DNA from: Chlorokybus atmophyticus
Lineage: Eukaryota; Plantae; Mesostigma and Chlorokybus algae
Direction of reading: 5' to 3'
Assembly (NCBI GenBank): GCA_009103225.1
Contig: RHPI01001327.1
Span: 124,001 to 188,000, forward strand
Length of the DNA: 64,000 nt
The position numbers were made by a program, and so were the translations under genes. This document shows, one piece after another, positions 10,799 to 23,700 of this stretch (position 1 is the first letter of the stretch; the number at the start of each line of letters is the position of its first letter). A model generated the notes under the pieces. It was not told the DNA's origin. It worked only from the letters and a program-made list of their open reading frames with translations, and did not search any database.

Positions 10799-13046
10799 AT
10801 GAGGGGTGTTGCGGCCGGGCGGAGGCTGTTGCAGCTAGTGGGGGAGGGCGTAGCAGGGGAGGTGGGATGCAGCGGTAGGAGAGGGGTGATTGCGTCCCAG
10901 CAAGCAGGCAGAGACTGTGTGTCGCAGTTGCAGCAGGCAGGAGCGAGCACCAGGAGCTTTGCCAGGAGAGCTGCGGCTTCACCTGAGGATGAGCGGGCGG
11001 CGGCTTTGGCTGCGGCGCTTGCGCAGATTGAGAAGGTTGGTAGCCTAAGTCAGCTTAAGCAACGCATGCTGGCATTCATGGTTACACACATGCCTGAGTA
11101 GTATTTTCCAACGTTTTTCTGTTTTCAACCACTGCACTCAAACCTGCTGTAATGAGCAATGCTCGTGCTGGTACATGGCGCAGTTCATGTGACGACATCA
11201 CGACACCAAGGGTCTATGTCTGCACACATCGGTTGCGGTGCTGGCAGCTGGCCGTGACTGTGTATATAGCTACCGCCCTTGCAGCTTCCACTTGAGTCCC
11301 TATGTCATTCGATTACGTTAGTTGTTTCGCTAGGGTCCAACTGCACATGCATGCATAGCCGCGCAAGTGATTGATTGTTGCTGTCACGCTGTAGTAAGCT
11401 CGCAGCTACACAGGTTGTTTACGTGTTCATCAGCATCTGCATTGTACGTAGCCATAACGTTGTTGGCACAGGCCTATGGCAAAGGCACAGTTATGCGCCT
11501 TGGTGAACACAAGGCCTTCGAGCCAGTGCCGGCCATCTCCACTGGTTCCATAGCTCTTGACGCAGCTCTTGGCATAGGGGGCTTGCCGCGCGTAAGTACA
11601 CTTTGCAGTACTCTGGTTGCTTTCGTTAACTGTTTTCTCAAGGTCGAGTGTGTCTCACGCCGTGCTGCATGCTGTAGGGTAGAGTTACTGAGATTTATGG
11701 GCCCGAGGCATCAGGGAAGACAACCATTGCACTGCATGCAGTTGCGGAAGCGCAAAAGCAAGGAGGTGCAGCTCGTTATTGTTTTCAGTGTGTCAGGCAG
11801 CATGAGGTTGATTGCAATGGCTAAATTGTCGATCAACAACTAGGCACTTGCTTGTTTGTGGACGTGGAGCATGCACTGGATCAGAACTACGCCCGCGCTT
11901 TGGGAGTGAACACTGATGAGCTGCTTGTCTCACAACCTGACAGTGGAGAGCAGGTAACTTGTGCCGCGTCCAACATGAGAAGTGTAAATTGTGCTTACGT
12001 TCACGCTATGCGCAGGCGCTTGATGTGGTGGACAAGATCTTACGCAGCAACAGCGTGGACGCTGTGGTCGTTGACAGCGTACGTTGCACCATCTTGTGTG
12101 CACAAGAAAGCCAATGCTCTATTGCCGTTGTCTCAACCATGGTGGCGTTGGTAGGTGGCAGCTCTCGTGCCACGAGCAGAGCTTGAAGGCGAGATGGGAG
12201 ATGCACACATGGCGCTGCAAGCACGCCTCATGAGTCAGGCACTTCGCAAGCTGACACACTCCATATCCACATCTCAGGCAGCATGCATATTTCTAAATCA
12301 GGTTTGCACTTCGTCACGCTGGTCTGGCTACTGGTGTTTGCGCCCTGCCTAAGAGCATGTTTCGATGCCTTTTCTTGCCAGATCAGGTCCAAGCTATCAA
12401 CCTTTTCCGGTTTTGGAGGGCCGACTGAAGTGACCGCGGGTGGTAACGCACTGAAATTCTATGCAACTGTCCGGCTTGACATTCGCAGGATAGCTTCGCT
12501 CAAAACCAATGACAAGGTTTGCTACTCGTGTTGGACACCGACTGTGTGGTATGCATACAGCATGCATGATGGTTCTTGAAATTGCAACGCTGGTCAGGTC
12601 ACTGGGAACACCGTTAGGGTCAAAGTCGCAAAGAACAAGCTGGCACCTCCCTTTCGGCAAGTGCAGTTTGACATTGAGTTTGGACGAGGCATATCACAAG
12701 ATGGAGAGCTGCTCGACATAGCTCTACAAGAAGGTATCATCACTAAGTCCGGAGCATGGTATGCACACGAAGGGACCAATTTTGCCCAAGGCCGAGAGAA
12801 AGGCAAGCAGTACCTGCAGGTAAGCATGCCTGTCCTCAGACAAGCATTTTGTTGTAAAGTATTACTGGCATTCCCGGATTCTCAGGTACTTGGTTTGGTA
12901 ACCTTGGTACGCATATGCAGGCTACATCTGACTTCAGGAGTACATTGATGACAGCTGTGAAGGAAAGGTTGAGGTCATCAGCGTTGAATTCCCCACCTGA
13001 GTCGATGTTTGATGAAGATGAGGAACCGCCCAGCGCAGTGGGTTGA
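10799..13046 (+). CDS. recA: Organellar (probably mitochondrial) RecA, 9 exons, 415 aa
   Basis: Exons 10799-11035, 11472-11591, 11678-11765, 11844-11953, 12016-12078, 12155-12301, 12382-12516, 12598-12819 and 12921-13046 join in frame. Motifs: [20 protein letters not shown], Walker [37 protein letters not shown]. Arg-rich presequence with an RSF-A-like cleavage motif. Confidence 0.95.
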
Positions 13047-13680
13047 GTCTGGGGTAGATGTTCATGTTTGGTGGTTATCGTTGTAAATACGCGGGTTTCA
13101 AGTATTGGCTCTTGGGCTGCTTCTGCTGCTGCAGCTTCTGCTGCTGGTATAGAGTTTTGCGGCTCGGCTTGTGGTTGCATTCATTCAGCTTTGGTCAGTC
13201 ATCACGTGTTTGCTCAGTCAACGTGTCAGTGTGGAGAAGAACCCGTCGTACTCACCAGAGTGATATGGCAGTAGTCTGTTGCCCTCTGGCAGGACACCCC
13301 CACTCATGCCGTGTCATATGCTTATGCTAGAAATGTACAAGTGCGGGTGTCATGCCTATTTACACACGCCATTGCCACACGCACACAGGGTATAGTGATA
13401 GTGGTAGAAGTAGTGAGGTTGGCTTCAAGTCTTTGCGAAATGATACCCGCTGGTGACATGATGTCTCTGTATTGTTGCGGTATGCAGTATGCTGTGCGCA
13501 TTGCACTTTGTAATTGTGTACACTCACACTCTAAAGCACTATGCCGTCACAGCCATGCTGCGTCGCCGAAGAACAGCCACATGCACAGTCATGCATGCAC
13601 AGCAGCATGACACGCGCTTACTGTACATTATACCATGGACTTCACATTACCACAGCATTTCTTTAGGGGTGGTTATGTGT

Positions 13681-13772
13681 GAAAGACACCAGTGCCAGCT
13701 CCGTCACGCACTGGCCAGGCTGTCTGTCTTGTATACGGCCAGTGCGTGACGGAGTTGGCGCTGTTATCTTTC
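13681..13772. ncRNA. Pre-miRNA-like hairpin, 36-bp stem and 20-nt loop
   Basis: Arms 13681-13716 and 13737-13772 are 32/36 reverse-complementary (2 G.U and 2 mismatches on +). It lies between the recA and Em 3' ends. Confidence 0.5.
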
Positions 13773-14874
13773 TACTCCAACGCCAGTGGTGCATCCACCA
13801 TCGCCTCCAGTGCAGTGAAACGGGCAGCTATAGAGCATGTAGTCACCGTTTTTCTCTATTTGACAGCAGGTTTGCACTGGAATACCTGGCAATGTACTTC
13901 ACAATTGGTATACTAAGTTGACGTCACATCGTAAAGTCACACAGTACAGGCCATGTACAAGATAGACAGCAAGCACATCATAATTTCCATCACATCAACA
14001 GGCAGTGTTGAGCTGTCAGCACTGCCAGCATGCCTAACACATGCAGTCACACTCCACACTACACTAACCTCTCTCATACACTAACTGACTGATGTACTGC
14101 AGCAGATGGAGTGTGACAGACATCATCGGAGTTTGTGACCTGTTGGTTGCAACATGGGTGACAGCTTTTTTTTTTTTTTTCGAGAACAGTAACAAGGATA
14201 TTGTTGTAGCAGCATTGTAGTCTTGCTGAGTAAATGGTATTCAATGCGCAGTATGCTATGCATTGATAGTACACCATATATTCTTCAAGGTTTGGAAGTC
14301 AGTTACCGGTGCGCTATGCACAGCCATGAACTGGAGAGGTTGAGCGACATCCATTGTAAAGGGATGTTGCTGCAACATATTGACTCAACGAACTAACTTC
14401 AGCATGCAATTCAATGTTGGTCTGGACGCACATATTACATTTATATATATTCGCTTGCAAGTATATCAAAATGGGCAGCTCATCCATTCAGAGCAATATC
14501 CACAGAGATCACACTTTCCACCCCATGAGAATGCCAGTATGTTGCATCAGCACATGTTGTGGCATAGCGCTGTTGTATAACACAACTGGCACGCTGCATA
14601 TATAACATTGCAAGCACACAGCAGACACGATGCATTGTGCAGCAAGTACGATGATGTATGTCAGTTAAGCATGATGCAACGTCCTATGAACAGGCACAAT
14701 GGCAGTTGCTGCGTGTGGTTGTGACACCGTTGACAGACCAATGTCACGGCTGAGTGTACAGCTTGTTGAAATTACAAGTGTATCATAAGGTCAATGTCTA
14801 CATGCTACTTTGAAGCTGTACACAGAGGAGAAGCACACTACCTACGCCTGTACACATGCACTTTCACCGCCGTT

Positions 14875-15129
14875 CTACTGGTCGGTGGGCATGATCTTGT
14901 CCTTCGCCGCCTTGGTGGCATCCGCCTCCTCGTCCATTCCCTTGGCCCTCTGGCTCATCTCCCTGACGGTCTGTCCACCCTTGCTGCCCATCTCCTGGTA
15001 ACCCTCGTGGCCCAGCTGCGCGGCACGGGCCTGGCCGCCCTTGGAGCCGCCGGCGCGGATGCGCTCCATGGGGTCGGAGGAGTTGGCGTCGCCGACGCGG
15101 GGCTCGTACTGCTCCTGGTGGTCAGACAT
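14875..15129 (-). CDS. Em-like / LEA group 1 (LEA_5) small hydrophilic stress protein, 84 aa
   Basis: MSDHQEQYEP...GGSKGGQARAAQLGHEGYQEMGSKGGQTVRE matches the Em 20-mer repeat. The CDS has no intron; a probable 5'-UTR intron and a TATA-like motif near 15430 lie upstream. Confidence 0.85.
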   Translation of the reverse strand: MSDHQEQYEPRVGDANSSDPMERIRAGGSKGGQARAAQLGHEGYQEMGSKGGQTVREMSQRAKGMDEEADATKAAKDKIMPTDQ

Positions 15130-15698
15130 GCTTGCTGATGGGAGAGATTGGTAGCCTGAAGCTGTTTTGCTTGGCTGCACAATGGACGATGTGGTGTTAG
15201 TATTGCTGTAAGCCAGGCTGCACTGCCAACATTGGTGAGTATCTGGTTCAACACTCACACACAGAAGAAGCAGATAATCTGCAAGCGAGCATCAACATAG
15301 CGAGAAGAAGCCAAGACAACCAGGGCATGGGCATGGACCTACAGGTCGCTTACCTTGCTTGCTTTACACGCTGCTCGTCACACGGGCACTCTTAAACTGT
15401 TGCTGCTCACTACTTGTGTGAGGCTAGATTATATACCCAGGGGCAATGTGCCAGCTGGCCAGGCCATAATCAACGGATATCTGATCTCCTTGCCATGTTA
15501 GATCTCTCTAGAACTAACATCCACATTGCTCCATCTGTGTCTGTGTGGTGTTGCTTGCCAAAGACTTTGCTGTGCTGCATGCGTGCAGTGCACAATGGCG
15601 CAGTCTCAGCGCTACACGTCAGCTGTATGCGTCGTCAAGGATTTTGCATGCACGCGCGAAATGCGTCAGACAAGGGCAGGGGTGTGGATGAGCACTGC

Positions 15699-16045
15699 GC
15701 CACGTCCTCCGGCGCGGCATGCGTGACGACGTTTGATCCCTCTTGACCTCTGACATGGGCGGCGGACGCAGACATGCATCCAGGCCCTCAGTGCTGATGT
15801 GGACGGCACGGAATCCGACGCACGCGCGGAATTGACGGAGGGCGCGCGCGGAAGGAACAAGCATAGGAAGGGGATTAGGGAGGGAGAAGAAGGAAGGAAG
15901 GAAGGAAGGAAGAGACTGCCGCAGACCCAAGTTGAAACTGGGTCGCGAGATCACGATCGGTAAACTGAAATAGCTTATCGCTCACGTGATGTGTGCCCTA
16001 ACCCTAAAAGCCACACCTAACCCTAACGCCCGTTGCCCACGTGGC
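15699..16045. promoter_or_regulatory. ABRE/G-box motifs and telo-box-like repeats in the Em/anoctamin divergent promoter
   Basis: ACGTGGC on - at 15699-15705, CCACGTGGC at 16037-16045, CCCTAACCCTAA at 15996-16007 and CCTAACCCTAA at 16016-16026. A (GAAG)n tract lies near 15886-15911. Confidence 0.4.
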
Positions 16046-16829
16046 ACCTGGCTGCTGCGGCGCCGGCGGCGGCGGCGGCGGTGCGAGGGAGCTGGCTGTG
16101 TGAGGGAGCTCTATGCTAGCGGAGTAACGTGAACGTGATACGCCTGTGTGCACCGTACATTGCGCAATGCTATGATATGAATGAAAGCAACTCATGAACG
16201 GCCGCTGGCGCAGGCCTGGTCGTTGCTATGGCCAGGCAATGGCGGTGAGACTATCAGTGTTATCAAACCACTTGGAAGATACTTATAGTTCTCTTCGGTG
16301 TGATAAAACATGGTGTGCTTGTTCGTTGAGTGGTAGGGTTGCACTAGTATTGTGACTAGAGCATTGTTTGTCGGATGTGCGGGACGCAGCTTGACAACCG
16401 CTTAAGCCAGCATGGAGTCGTCCATGAGGCCAGGCAGCAGCACGTATGGCAGCAGCAGCAGGCGGTTCCAGAGCTTCTCGCGGAGCACCACTCGCGGGAT
16501 GTCCTTCTCGCGCAGAAACGCTCTCCTCCTTCAAGGTACAAAGATACAGCATGACAGAAACACACGTGCGTAGATAATGTACAGCGTGATGTGATGATAG
16601 AGCCGTTTGTAAGCGTCTAGGCCTCACGCCTTGGTGTCCGGGAAGGTCAATTGTGCCCACGCATGCACGCGCGTATGGTGTGACAACTTGCTATACATAT
16701 GCATGCATGCATCGTGTGATGCATTGAACATGTAGGTGTAACATAGGTAGACACACATCAGTCCTGTCTATGCTAGACATGTGCATGTGCTGTAACCAGA
16801 GGTGGTACTGATGCCACTGTAACATAAAG

Positions 16830-19800
16830 AACCAACCGCGATGGTAACACAGATTCGGGCACGCCGGAAGAGGATTGTGAGGAGTTGATTGCCACCAAGT
16901 CCACGCACTTTACTGCCGATGAGCTGCAGCGGCTGCTCCATGCATACCGCCGCGCAACAGGCGGCAATCGCCTTCAGGTGAGGAAAAGAGCTATGTTCTC
17001 CAGTAAATCATATACGCGCACCCACCCACAAGCACACGCGCACGCGCACGCGAATGCACGCACGCTCTTGCGCATGTACACACACTAGCAGGTGCGCACA
17101 CTTATGCACAGACTGCACAGAGACGCGCACACACGTATACCTGCGCACGCGCGCGCACATATGTGCCACACAAAGACACACACATAATCATGGGTCTGCT
17201 TTGGCAGATGGGTCAGTTCGTTGAGATGGTGCAAGCGGAGATGGGCTGGACCAACGCGCTCCTGCGGCGACAGCTCTGGAAGGCTTTCGACGTACAGGGT
17301 ACGCACATGCTTTGACGCTGTCCCCCATAATCACAGTGTTGAATGATGCATCGACACGCAAATGCGCGAGCAGGTGTGGGCGAAATCGGCTTCAAAGACT
17401 TCGCCAAGGGTTATTCTACGCTCGTGCGCGGAACCGTGCCAGGTGAGATGGTAACTCACACCCACAAGGACACATGTGAGTGAGTGTGTGTGAGCACGTG
17501 CGCGCACACACGCACGCATGCACACGGGCGTAACCAGCCAAACAACAACAATAAACTGACGAGTGTGACTTCAGAGTTGGTTGCGTTCGCTTGGCGTATG
17601 TACCACCTCTCCGGCGACGACGACCTCCTCCAGCCCGCCAACCTCTACATCATCCTCAAGCTCGCCATGTCCGCTCAACACTCCACCCCCTCCACCTCCA
17701 CCCCCTCCACCACCACCTTCCCCTCCCCCTCTCGCCCCTCCTCCCCAACACTCTTCACCTCCTCGAAGCCATCATCCAAGCAGCCGTCCGCGACGGAGAG
17801 AGCGGCACGCAGCGTCGTGGAGAGTGCGTTGGGGGGGTCGAGAGCGCCGTTGACAAGAAGCGAGTTTAAGAGATTGGTGTTGAGGGAAAGGAGATTTGTG
17901 GACTGTATACTGCCGGCGTTCGAGTGGATACCGCAGGTAGGGTGGGGAGGTGTGTATGCGTGTGTGCATGTCTGTGTGGACTTTCTGGGTTTGACATTGA
18001 ATGGGGAGTATGTGTGCCTGCGCGTCAGAGTTTACAAGTGCGTGCACGTTGCCTGCGCGCGCGTGCGCGTGGGTTTGTATCTGCGTGGTTGTATGTGTAC
18101 TTGCCCCCGTACATGTACACGTGTGTGCCACCAGAGTGTGTAATTTCACACTACTACCACACTACCACACTCACGCTGTAATATGCAGGACCCGGTGCAC
18201 CGTGCTGCTGAGGCGGGTGAGTCCGCCGAAGTCGAGCACCTTATCCTCCGCGAGGGTTTAGACATCGACGGCGCCGACGCGTCCGCCTGGCCGACAACTC
18301 CTTTGCACCTGGCCGCCCAGTACGGACACGCCCACATTGCCGCACTCCTCGTGAGACTGGGAGCGAGAGTGAGACTACTGTCGGCACCCATGCCGGTACC
18401 GATGTCGGCGCTGTCGATCGCGGTGGTGAATGATAGACCGGCCGTCGCGCAGCTACTGCTGGAAGCAGGTAAGAGGGATTGACACGGAGGTGACATCGTG
18501 AGGGTGTGTCGATGCGCATACATACGTAGCCACGTGCACACACCCCACACAAACACTCAGACGAACATCTGCATGCCGTATGTGCGTACGCGCGTCCGTG
18601 CACGCATTTGCACGCGCACGCACGCAAGGTGTCGCTTCTAGTAAGTTCAACGATGTTGTTCCTCCCCAGGTGTTGACCCGCTAGCTCGCGAGGGCCCCTC
18701 CCAGTCGACTCCCCTCCACCTTGCGTGCCACTCTCAAGCGTGTCTCTCTCTGCTTCTGAATGCGATGCCCACGGGCGTGCGGGCCGTGGACGTCCGCGAT
18801 GGCAATGGAGACACGCCCATACACCAGTGCGGGAGGGTGGAGGAGGGGTGGGTGGGATTGGAGATGATGGAAAGGGCGGGGAAGGTGAGGGGGGTGGGGT
18901 GTGGGTGTGTGGTGAGTGGGGGGATGTGACACGTATATGCGTGTGACAGCTTGAGGCGGAGGATGTGGATGTGCCGAATGACAAGGGGCAGGCGCCGATG
19001 CATGTGGCGGCGGAAAACCGAGCATTTCGGGCCGTAAGAAAGGTGGGGTGGGGGGGGTGGGCGGTGGGTGGGGGGGGCGCACGTGTGTGTACATGTGTAG
19101 TTGTGCACGTGCAAGAGCCTACTGCGCGCGCAAGCGTATGTGTGCGTGTGTAACAGACATTGTATTTGTCCAGCTGTTGGATCTTAGAGCAGACCCCAAC
19201 ACCGTCGACTACGGCGGCCGCACCCCACTCCACGTCGCCTGTAGCATCCCCCACAACGACTCCATCGTCGAACTCCTCCTCACCACCCTCACCTCCCCCC
19301 CCTCCTCCGTCCACCTCCGCGACTGCGACGGCCGCACGCCCCTTCTCACCTGCATCCCCACCCACTCCACCAAGGTCCTCCGGCTCCTCATCGATAAGGG
19401 AGCCGACCCGCGTGCGGCCGAGGCGGGCACGGGAACCACGCCGTTGCATGCGGCGGTGAAGGAAGAGTGGGTGGAAGGGGTGGAGGTGTTGCTCAACGTG
19501 GAGCCGAAGGTGGAGGTGGAGGCGGATGGGAGGGGGTATACGGCGTTGGACTATGCGAGACATCCGAAGGTGGGGAGGGGGGGTGTTGAAGTGTTGGGTG
19601 GATGATTGGTGTTGAATTAACGTGTATGTGGGTGGTGCAGATTATTGAGTCGCTACGTGTGCACATAGCCCAGTTGTATCCGACGTGGAGTCCTGCTCAT
19701 CCGGTGGCGTTCATCCTCGGCCTCGTGTTCTACCAGGGGGAGTAAGTGCAAAGGAGACAACGATTGCATCACCCTGTACTGCATGCATCACGCACGCACA

Positions 19801-20726
19801 TGCATGCATGTATGCACGCAAGCAACTTCTTGTTTCTGGTAGGTGGGAAGTGACTGATGAAGGCACGTCCCTTGAGAAGCACGTCCTTCGCAAGCCCAAG
19901 GTCTCTCGCTCTCTGGCCGCCAAACGCGCCGCCAACATGTGCACCACACAAGAAGGCCTGTTGGTAAGCATCAGCAACCCCTTCGGCACAACACACCCAC
20001 ATACCAACATGTGATGTCTTTCCCAGACTCAACTAGAAGAGGCGGGTTTCATCGTCTCCACCGAGTCAGTTCGCATTCGTGCTCCCCTCATGTTGGGTGG
20101 CCGTCTCCGCGAGTACGTCCTCGCTCGCGTGGGCGCGCCTCTGTACCGACTCCAACAAGAAGCCACGCGGGTGCGTTTGCAAGTGAGACGGGCCGACACG
20201 GACAAGTACGACGCGTATTACGTGGCGCATGATAGTGATACGGCCTTTGAGGAGTTCACGCCGGCGGAAAGACATACACTCGCACTGTCGATACTCATGT
20301 CGGTGACAAGAGGGAAGTATGGAAGTGAACAAGCTGTAGCGCCACCGGGATTCCCACCTGAACAAGTAAGCAGCGCTACATCAACATGTAAGCAACAACA
20401 ACAACAACAACAACTACATCAGCAGCAACAACGTTGCTACTATGTATCACACCATCACTACGATTGCTGTGTGTATGATTCAAGTGGTATTGTTGGGATT
20501 GTATCTGACTCTCTTCTCCTTTAGGGTTCTGCGGGTGTGAGGGTTGAGGTGTACCGGCGTTTGGGTGTGATCGAGAAGGCGGTGGCACTGCATCAGCCGG
20601 CAAAGCGAGCTGCCGTGGCGGCGGTGTGGCGGGGAAACCTCGCGCACCACCTGGCAAACCTACAAGTGAGTGTGATGGGGAGAAGTGTTGGTTGCCCCGT
20701 GCGCGCGCGTACGCACGCGCGCGCGC

Positions 20727-20762
<36 letters not shown>

Positions 20763-23700
20763 CCATCCCTGCGCATGCGTGCGTGCGTGTGGGCGTGTCT
20801 CAATGCTATTGTTGCAATCACAGGCCGACCAGTCCAAGGCCTTAGAGGCCGTCCTGCTCTATTTCGGCCACCGTGTCGCCTTCTACTTCGGTTTCTTGTC
20901 CTTCTCCTCCTCCTGGCTCCTCTCACCCTCCATCGCGGGCGCGGTGGCCTTCGGTCTCGAGTTCATCCCGGAACCGTATGCCTCGGTGGTGCGCAAGCGG
21001 TCGACGAACGCCACGGGAAACGACACGAGATATGATCATCCCATGATGATGGTACTGGGGCTGTTTATTGCGGTGTGGGTGGTGATTGCGGCGCAGGCGT
21101 GGGGGAAACAAGAAGGAGCACTTGCAGTGAGGTACGTTAATAACGTCATCATCGACATTATGCTGATGATGATGTTGACATGGTGCGTGCGTGCGTGTGC
21201 GTGTGTGCGTACGTGGTCCGCGTGTACATGAGCGTGTGCATTGGCTTACACATGTGTGTGCGCGATGCCTTGTGTTGGTCAGGTGGGGTGTGGATGACTA
21301 CGTCTGCGAGGATCCAGCCCCGAACCCACGCAGCACGGCGCACTTGAGCTTGTCTTTTATGAACGGGACGTGGACGAACGTGCCGCGTCTTAGCGCCGCC
21401 GATATCCGCCGCCAGCGTCGCAACATGTTGTTGATATCGCTGCCGGTATTCGTTATCCTGCTCCTATGCACTGCAGCCCTGCTTGCCCTGCAGTTATATC
21501 TGCGCCACCTCGCGCGACATTCCCATGCTGTAAAGCAGGCCAACATGGAGTTGGCGGCGATATACGGCATAACGGGGCTGAACGGCGCGCTGATATACCT
21601 CTTGGATCGACTCGCCGGAGACATATTGAGGCACACAGTTGATATCGAGAACCACCCCACCTTGCAAGGGAGAGATATCGCCCTCTGGCCTCGGGCTCTC
21701 CTGCTCTCCGCGGCGATAAACTACCACTCGCTGTTCTATTTCGCGTACTACGTGCGCGATATCGCTCTCGTGGCCCAGCAGCTTGCCGGCATCGTTGTGG
21801 TGTCGGCCGTTTTCCGGGTCATCGATAGATATCTGCTGCCGTATATATCGATTCTGCAAAGGCAACAGAGCGAGAGACAAGATGCCAAACGGAATGAGTT
21901 GAGCAATGGTGAGGGGGACAAGCAGCTGATGGTATTGCCGAGAATCAAGGTATATGTACACTTCTGGTCAACATATGAGTACGGCATGTGTGCGTGCATG
22001 TGTTTGGGTGTACGTGTGCCAGGGTGCGTGCGCGCGCGTGCACGCACACACCTACACACACGTTCTCAAGCTCGCATGCGTGCGTGTGAGGGGTTGTGTG
22101 CTTGTATCGCTTTGTTTGCGCGTTGTGTGTTGTCAGCATGTATACGCAGTTAAGGACTGCTGTCTGTACAACACAACAACAGAGCAACAAGGTGGCGGAC
22201 GTGTCGGCACTGCGCCCAGCATCCCCTTTACGCCTACTGCGTGCCACAAAGACCCCTCCACCATTAGGTACTCACTCTTCGCATGTCCACAACATCATCA
22301 TACTCAACTACCATCATCGCAGACGAGCGTGTTGCCATGGAGGCAGGAGCCGCCTCCAGATCGCCGTCCTTCTCTACCCTGCGTGGAGACGATGGCGATG
22401 GTATCAACCTCATGCGCGAGGAGACGTTCGGTCCATCGCGCGGGGAGGTGCTCGCAAACGAGCCGTGCGTGGCACTTGAGCAGACACACACGTTCATCAT
22501 GTTCGGCTTTGTTGCGCTGTTCGGGGCCGCATTTCCGCTGGCGGCACTCGTACTCTTCGTTCAGTCATACTGCGAGGTGAGCGATGGTAGCGTGACCGGA
22601 CAGTCACGCACGCACGCACACACATACACATGCATACACCCCCCCATGCGTGTGCGCGCGCGGGCGCATGTGCGACACACAGGCACACGTACACATGCAC
22701 GTGCGTGTACACACATGTACACTAATGTCTGTATACGCGCGCACACATTCACAAGCACATCCGCACCCAAACACATTCCATGTCTAGGTTCGTTTGGGTG
22801 CATGGCGTTTCTGCGAGGTGTCCCGTCGTCCCTTTCCCCTCCGTTGTTCCGGTCTCGGTCCCTCCTGGCGTTGGTGTCTGCGCACTCTTGCCGCCGCGGG
22901 AGTCCTCAACCACGCGTTTCTGATCGGGGTCTCTTCCCGCACCGTCGGCGGGACCTTCTTGATCAATATCACGTTGTTGCAGAGAGTTGCGTTGGCGTTT
23001 GGGGTGGCGGCGGTGGTGTTGAGTGGGTTTTGGGTGTATTCGGGATTGAACCGGGTACAGGACCCGCTGTGGGCACGCATGCGAAGAGGGGAGCCGTTAA
23101 GGTGGGGGGCCACATACCCACATATATGTGGACACACATGTATGAACATGACTACTAACAACAACCTGTACCGACGCACTCATTGCAGGTATGTTAGAGA
23201 TGCGTATCGTGTGGGTGTGGCGGTGAGGGAACGAAGATATCGTCTTCTACGCATGGCAACATCAACTTCATCGGCGTCATCAGCACACGATGCGGCTGCT
23301 GTTGCTGAAGGCATCGACTCGCGCGCAGCACACAGATACCAACTTGTGAGTTGACCAGTGACTTGTTGTTGTGGTGGTGTGGGTTGTATGATGTTGTGGT
23401 GGTGTCCACCACAGGTTGTGAGGTACGCGGACTCGTTGCCCGTGGAGGACAAGAGGCGTTTGTTGTACGACGCGACCACGACGGTGCCGGCATTGATCGA
23501 GCAGATATCGCTGCGGGTGCGGTGCGGCCTTTGGGGAGATGTGTCCAACAACAACAACAACAGCACCAACACCAACAGGGAGCATGCCACTGCCGATGCC
23601 ATGCTCGCTGCGCTCGTCCCTGTCACGGACATCCGCGACTGCTATCTACTCGGCAAACGAATACGGGAATGCGTGTGGGAACTGTTTGAACAACGGGGTG

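Noticed and set aside
16192-16650. Protein-like antisense frame (…REKDIPRVVLREKLWNRLLLLPY…) with three stops
   Set aside because: Three stops in ~152 codons is not clearly below chance and I recognise no family; TBLASTN would settle it.
16825-16827. In-frame TAA near the anoctamin-fusion start as a sign of a reassigned genetic code
   Set aside because: Other genes here end at TAA/TAG/TGA normally and have no internal stops; an unresolved splice or start site is more likely.
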